This document shows, in pieces, positions 58,941-62,723 of a stretch of DNA of 62,723 nt (position 1 is the first letter of the stretch; each line of letters starts with the position of its first letter). Both the position numbers and the translations under genes were made by a program. The notes below the pieces were generated by a model. That model had not been told where the DNA came from, did no database searches, and worked only from the letters and a program-made list of their open reading frames with translations. The stretch comes from Candidatus Kuenenia stuttgartensis (GTDB lineage Bacteria > Planctomycetota > Planctomycetia > Pirellulales > UBA1268). The stretch spans positions 1 to 62,723 of the forward strand of contig CAMDDA010000002.1 in NCBI GenBank assembly GCA_945890755.1, given 5' to 3'.

Positions 58941-60700
58941 CGGGGCCACCAGTGGACGAGGGCCGCGACGGCGAGGCAGGCCAGCAGCAGATAGTCGCGC
59001 CAGCTGATCCGGTCAGCCTTGCCGTGGAACCGGAGATGATCGAGCAGGGCACCGGTGGGGCAGCCGTGGCGGCAGTAGGCCATCGGCAAGAAGGCACTGG
59101 CCACGAGGCTCACGCCGAAGATCACGAGCGCGGCGACACCGGCCACCGTCGGTAGGTAGCCGTCGAAGGGCTCGATGTCCACGAGTGAGAGCGGCAGATG
59201 GAGCACGGCCGTGAGGATCGCCACCACGAGCAGCGCCCAGGGCAGAGTCGTGAGCCAGGGCCGGAGCCGCTTGGGAATCGTCCGCTTCGGCTTTACAAAC
59301 CGCACGAGCAGCTGCTGCGCCGCGCCGTGGGCGCAGAGATGCGAGCAATAGACATTGCGACGGGTCGTCACCGGCAGCACGACTGCCGCCACCGCGAGAG
59401 CCACCAAGACGACCGCCCCGCGCGGCACGCCGGCCTGGGCCCAGCCCCACACTTGTGCCTGCGAGAGCAGGGCGCCGGCCCCGAAGCCGAGATAGAGGAG
59501 CACGGCAACAGGGAGCGCGAGCCGCCCGAACCACGTGCCGCGCAGCCGCGTGAAGGCCGTCACGATGCCTGCGGCGATCACGCCGAGCGCCCCGAGCCTG
59601 GGCCCATCGAGGCTGCGCAGGATCCCGCTCCAGCCCCCGGCATCCGCCCGCGTGTCGAGCGCGGCCACCTGCTGCCGCGCGGCTAGCACGATCCCGCGAG
59701 CCACCGCCTGGCTCGTCATCGTGGCGCCGCTCACGCCTTCGACGCCCGTGTCGCCGTCGTCGATGCCGGCCACCTGCTCGAACGTCATCCCGCGATACAC
59801 ACCGCGAAACGCCTCGTCGTCGCGAACGTAACCAACGTAGGGCTCGTTGTCGTAGCTGGCGAGCACCGCGACGCCCGCAACTTGTCCCGTAGCGTCAAAG
59901 CCGATCAGCGCATCGGTCGGCCCCTGGTAGCCGATCACGCGATCCGCCGCAGGGCTCGTTCGCATCGCCCAGCCGAGCGGAATCCGCTCGGGGGCATAGA
60001 CGCGGATCACGGCGGGATCACCGGCGTCCGCTTCGATCGCGACCGCCTCAGGAAAGATCCGCTGGAGATCGACCAAAGTGGGGGCCGTCTCAAACCGGCC
60101 GCCACCGGCCGTGCCGCCGAGCCGGAGCGCCAAGGCCTCGGCGATCGCGATGCAGGTGAGCGTCGAGCCGCCCACCGCATCGACCCGGCCTGCATCCCGT
60201 ACGGCCAGCTCATCGAGCGACATGCCGGCGAACGACTTCAGGAACGCCGCATCCTGCTCGATCGCCGCCACATGGTCGCGGGTATCGCGGCTGGCGAGGA
60301 TCTCGACGCCGGCCACCCGAAGGCCGGCATCGCAAACGACGAGCAGGTCGGTCGGCCCCGAGAACCCGATCGCCGCATCACCGGCGGGTGACGTGCGAAA
60401 CATGGCACCGACCCGCTCGCCGGCGGCATCGAGGAGATCGAGGCCACCCGCGATTGCCGGCGACGGGCCGCCGATCGCAGCCGCCGCGGCGAGATGTCGC
60501 TGCACCCGCGAGAGCGGCAGCGAATCAAGCGCGGCGGCCTGCTGCCGCCCCAGAAACGCCCCGTGCTCGGCATGCACGAGCCACACGAGCGCCGCCACGA
60601 CGGCGACGCGGCCGCCGTGCGTGAGGAGACGACGAAAACGAGTGCTGGCGTGCGGCCGCATGCCCCACACTGTACGCGATCGACTGCATCTCGGGGACAT
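58937..60700 (-). CDS. NosR/NirI-like membrane protein: two FMN-binding domains plus a Cys-motif polytopic domain, no C-terminal ferredoxin domain
   Basis: FMN_bind 1 is degenerate (VDAVGGSTLTCIAIAEAL). FMN_bind 2 is canonical (VEGVSGATMTSQAVARGI, the ApbE flavinylation motif). The TM domain carries CSHLCAHG and CRHGCPTG. The start is uncertain: ATG at 60700 or 60661. Confidence 0.7.
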   Translation of the reverse strand: MSPRCSRSRTVWGMRPHASTRFRRLLTHGGRVAVVAALVWLVHAEHGAFLGRQQAAALDSLPLSRVQRHLAAAAAIGGPSPAIAGGLDLLDAAGERVGAMFRTSPAGDAAIGFSGPTDLLVVCDAGLRVAGVEILASRDTRDHVAAIEQDAAFLKSFAGMSLDELAVRDAGRVDAVGGSTLTCIAIAEALALRLGGTAGGGRFETAPTLVDLQRIFPEAVAIEADAGDPAVIRVYAPERIPLGWAMRTSPAADRVIGYQGPTDALIGFDATGQVAGVAVLASYDNEPYVGYVRDDEAFRGVYRGMTFEQVAGIDDGDTGVEGVSGATMTSQAVARGIVLAARQQVAALDTRADAGGWSGILRSLDGPRLGALGVIAAGIVTAFTRLRGTWFGRLALPVAVLLYLGFGAGALLSQAQVWGWAQAGVPRGAVVLVALAVAAVVLPVTTRRNVYCSHLCAHGAAQQLLVRFVKPKRTIPKRLRPWLTTLPWALLVVAILTAVLHLPLSLVDIEPFDGYLPTVAGVAALVIFGVSLVASAFLPMAYCRHGCPTGALLDHLRFHGKADRISWRDYLLLACLAVAALVHWWPR

Positions 60701-60772
60701 GGCAGACGGCCCCTTCGCGTCTGGCGCTGGCACAACTCCGTCTTGCGGACGAACCGCGGACACGTCCAGACT

Positions 60773-61993
60773 TTGCCGCACGTCCGTCACGTCGGAAAGG
60801 AGCCCACCCTGCCGATTATCGTCCGCAACCTGCAGAGCCACTCCACGAATGGCTCGTTCGACTGCACTGCTGCCGTCACGCTCGACGGCGTGGAACGGCC
60901 GCTCACGCTCAGCCGCTACGGTGACCATCCCGAGCTCAGCCGCCGGACCGACACGTACGATCCCTTCGCGGTGGCCTTGCTCGTGCCGGCGATGCTCAGG
61001 GGCGAGCCGCTGGTGATCGAGGGAAGCATCGACGAGATGCTGCTCGACTCACTCCGCGGCCCCGTGCAGCACACGCTGCGGCTGATGGCGCCGGGTTGGC
61101 GACACGTGGCGATCGAAGCAGATGCCCGACCCGCGCCGACCACGACCGACTGGACGCGAGGAGCCGCGATGGCCATGAGCGGGGGCATCGACAGCATGCA
61201 TCTCGCCCGCCACAGGATCCTTGCCCCCGACGTGCCCGAGCCGCTCCAGGTGCGGCTGCTCGTGCATCACCACGTCGGAGCGCATGGCGACGACGACCGG
61301 GTGTTCGAGGAGCAGTTCTCCCATGCCCGGCGCATCGCCGACCGCCTCGGGCTGCCGATCGTGGGCACCCGCTGTTCGCTCACCGCCGCCTTCCGGGGCA
61401 TGAGACACATCCACGCCGTGACCACGCGGAATCTCGCGGCCTCGCTGGCACTCGACCACCTGTTCACCGCGTTTCATTACGCCTCGACCGAGCCGATCGG
61501 CGAGCGGCCCCAGATGAGCGAGATCGGCGGCGCGTCGATCCTCGACGCCACGCTGCTGCCCCTCTTCAATACGACGCGCACGGTGTGGCTCCCCTTCGGT
61601 GGCGATACCACCCGCCTTCGCAAGACGGCCGAAGTGATTTTCGACGACCGGCTGTGCGGCGATCTGCTCGTCTGCATCCGCGGCTTTCGCCGCGACCGTG
61701 CCGCGCTCAACTGCGGACGCTGCTACAAGTGCGCCCGGGTGCTCCTCCAGGCCGAGGCCGACGGCCGCTTCGATGCCGTCGCGGGCACGTTCGACGTGGA
61801 GGGCTATCGCCGCGGCAAATCACACTCGATCCTCAGACTGCTTCGCTGGTCGCTCGGCTTCAGCCGCAATGACAACGAGATCGACCTCGTGAAGCATCTC
61901 CACACCCGCCGGTATCCTTTCCCGGCCTGGGCCCGCCCCGGCGTCGCCCTCACGCTCCTGCTGCACGGCGTGGAAGCCCGAAGCGCAAGCTAA
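60773..61993 (+). CDS. PP-loop (adenine nucleotide alpha-hydrolase superfamily) protein of unknown function, QueC-like C-terminal Cys cluster
   Basis: AMAMSGGIDSMH contains the SGGxDS PP-loop. The C-terminus has LNCGRCYKCARVLL. An N-terminal domain of ~130 aa is unassigned. The start is uncertain: TTG at 60743 or 60773, or CTG at 60809, which sits 6 nt after AAGGAG. Confidence 0.6.
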   Translation: MPHVRHVGKEPTLPIIVRNLQSHSTNGSFDCTAAVTLDGVERPLTLSRYGDHPELSRRTDTYDPFAVALLVPAMLRGEPLVIEGSIDEMLLDSLRGPVQHTLRLMAPGWRHVAIEADARPAPTTTDWTRGAAMAMSGGIDSMHLARHRILAPDVPEPLQVRLLVHHHVGAHGDDDRVFEEQFSHARRIADRLGLPIVGTRCSLTAAFRGMRHIHAVTTRNLAASLALDHLFTAFHYASTEPIGERPQMSEIGGASILDATLLPLFNTTRTVWLPFGGDTTRLRKTAEVIFDDRLCGDLLVCIRGFRRDRAALNCGRCYKCARVLLQAEADGRFDAVAGTFDVEGYRRGKSHSILRLLRWSLGFSRNDNEIDLVKHLHTRRYPFPAWARPGVALTLLLHGVEARSAS

Positions 61994-62107
61994 GGGAATA
62001 CGCGTGGCTGCACATGATGCAGGCCGTCTTCCCTCGGCTCGCGCCACGGGCTTCCGGATCCGTCGGAACACCCGGGGCACCGAAGATCGCTTGTGTGGAA
62101 ATCGCAG

Positions 62108-62723
62108 TCACCGCCGCGGCCGCCGGGTGCTGCCGGGGAGCGTGAGAAGTTCGTCCAGCTCGCCCCAGTGCTTTTCATACACGCCCCGCGGCGTGGTGCC
62201 GTGTGCGATGGCCACGCTCGCCGCCTTGCCCACCACCTCCCCCATCATGCCGCAGGTTTTCATCACGCGGACGGTACCGAGCGCCTCGTGCGTGACCGAC
62301 ACGCAGCGGCCCGCCATGAACAGGTTCTCGACGTCCTTCGAGTAGAAGCAGCGGTAGGGCACCGGATAGCCGTAGGCCCGATCGACCCGGCGATCGTGGA
62401 CGGCGATCGAGATGAACGGATTGTCGGGATACGTCGTCGCATACTGCTTCTTGGGATAGTGCAGGTCGATCGACCAGGTGGAGGGCACGCAGCCGTCGGG
62501 GAACTCCCTCTTCGTCACGATGTCGTCCTGCGTGAGCACGACGTCGCCGAGAATCCGGCGGCTCTCCCGCGGGCCGCCGATGGAAGCCACCCAGGTGAGC
62601 ATGGCGTTGTCATGGTCGGCCTTGCCAGCGCCGTTCTTGATGGCATTCCAGGCGCCGAAGACGGCTCGCAGGTTCCAGTCGCGGATGCCCTCCGCGTCCC
62701 CCAGCGGATCCTTGTCGAAGCCG
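62108..62723 (-). CDS. FAD-dependent oxidoreductase (C-terminal part; 5' end outside the window)
   Basis: The frame is open to the window edge (GFDKDPLGDAEGIRDW...). The C-terminal FAD-binding motif is ENLFMAGRCVSVTHEALGTVRVMKTCGMMGEVVG. Confidence 0.65.
   Translation of the reverse strand, partial: GFDKDPLGDAEGIRDWNLRAVFGAWNAIKNGAGKADHDNAMLTWVASIGGPRESRRILGDVVLTQDDIVTKREFPDGCVPSTWSIDLHYPKKQYATTYPDNPFISIAVHDRRVDRAYGYPVPYRCFYSKDVENLFMAGRCVSVTHEALGTVRVMKTCGMMGEVVGKAASVAIAHGTTPRGVYEKHWGELDELLTLPGSTRRPRR

Overview
This is a GC-rich bacterial chromosomal window. Its gene content looks planctomycetal: a TAT-signal DUF1501 gene paired with a PSCyt/DUF1549/DUF1553 gene, a Fae homologue, and a secreted beta-helix protein with an Arg-rich ...LELLVIEYCESR... 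leader. I call 48 protein-coding genes (2 run off the window ends), one tRNA-Leu(CAA) and one gene remnant.

Most genes are housekeeping:
- translation: rpsB-tsf-pyrH-frr
- amino acid, cofactor and carbon metabolism: ilvN-ilvC, panC, panD, folK, metF, ppdK, hss
- envelope and rRNA modification: lgt, lepB, rlmI

All family calls rest on motif recognition by eye. No database search, folding or statistics could be run.

Structure not explained by genes:
1. A REP-like double-hairpin element (core 51 nt, GTAGGCCCGTCACTCCGTGACGGGC A GCCCGTTGCGGAGCAACGGGCCTAC) occurs at 7 intergenic loci. Its stems show compensatory variants, and it supplies or abuts several stop codons.
2. A second ~79-nt hairpin repeat forms composite clusters that bracket one beta-helix gene.
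3. Two accessory cassettes are each bounded by ~80-bp imperfect direct repeats. One carries vapBC next to tRNA-Leu. The other carries rhuM and duplicates the overlapping 3' ends of convergent fae and apbE.
4. A 26-bp perfect inverted repeat lies inside the apbE signal-peptide codons.
5. A ~410-bp inverted-repeat-bounded structured element lies between ppdK and an SLC13 transporter.

The most unusual coding features, and my best candidates for an uncharacterised system:
- an 1181-aa sulfotransferase-GT2-unknown-sulfotransferase-methyltransferase fusion, two genes downstream of an MMPL transporter
- a translationally coupled operon of ABC ATPase, ABC-2 permease::CPBP protease fusion, and an iGluR-like binding-protein/ion-channel chimera
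- a NosR-like double-FMN-binding membrane protein coupled to ApbE, divergent from an uncharacterised PP-loop ATPase
- a 2079-aa alpha-2-macroglobulin lacking the thioester cysteine
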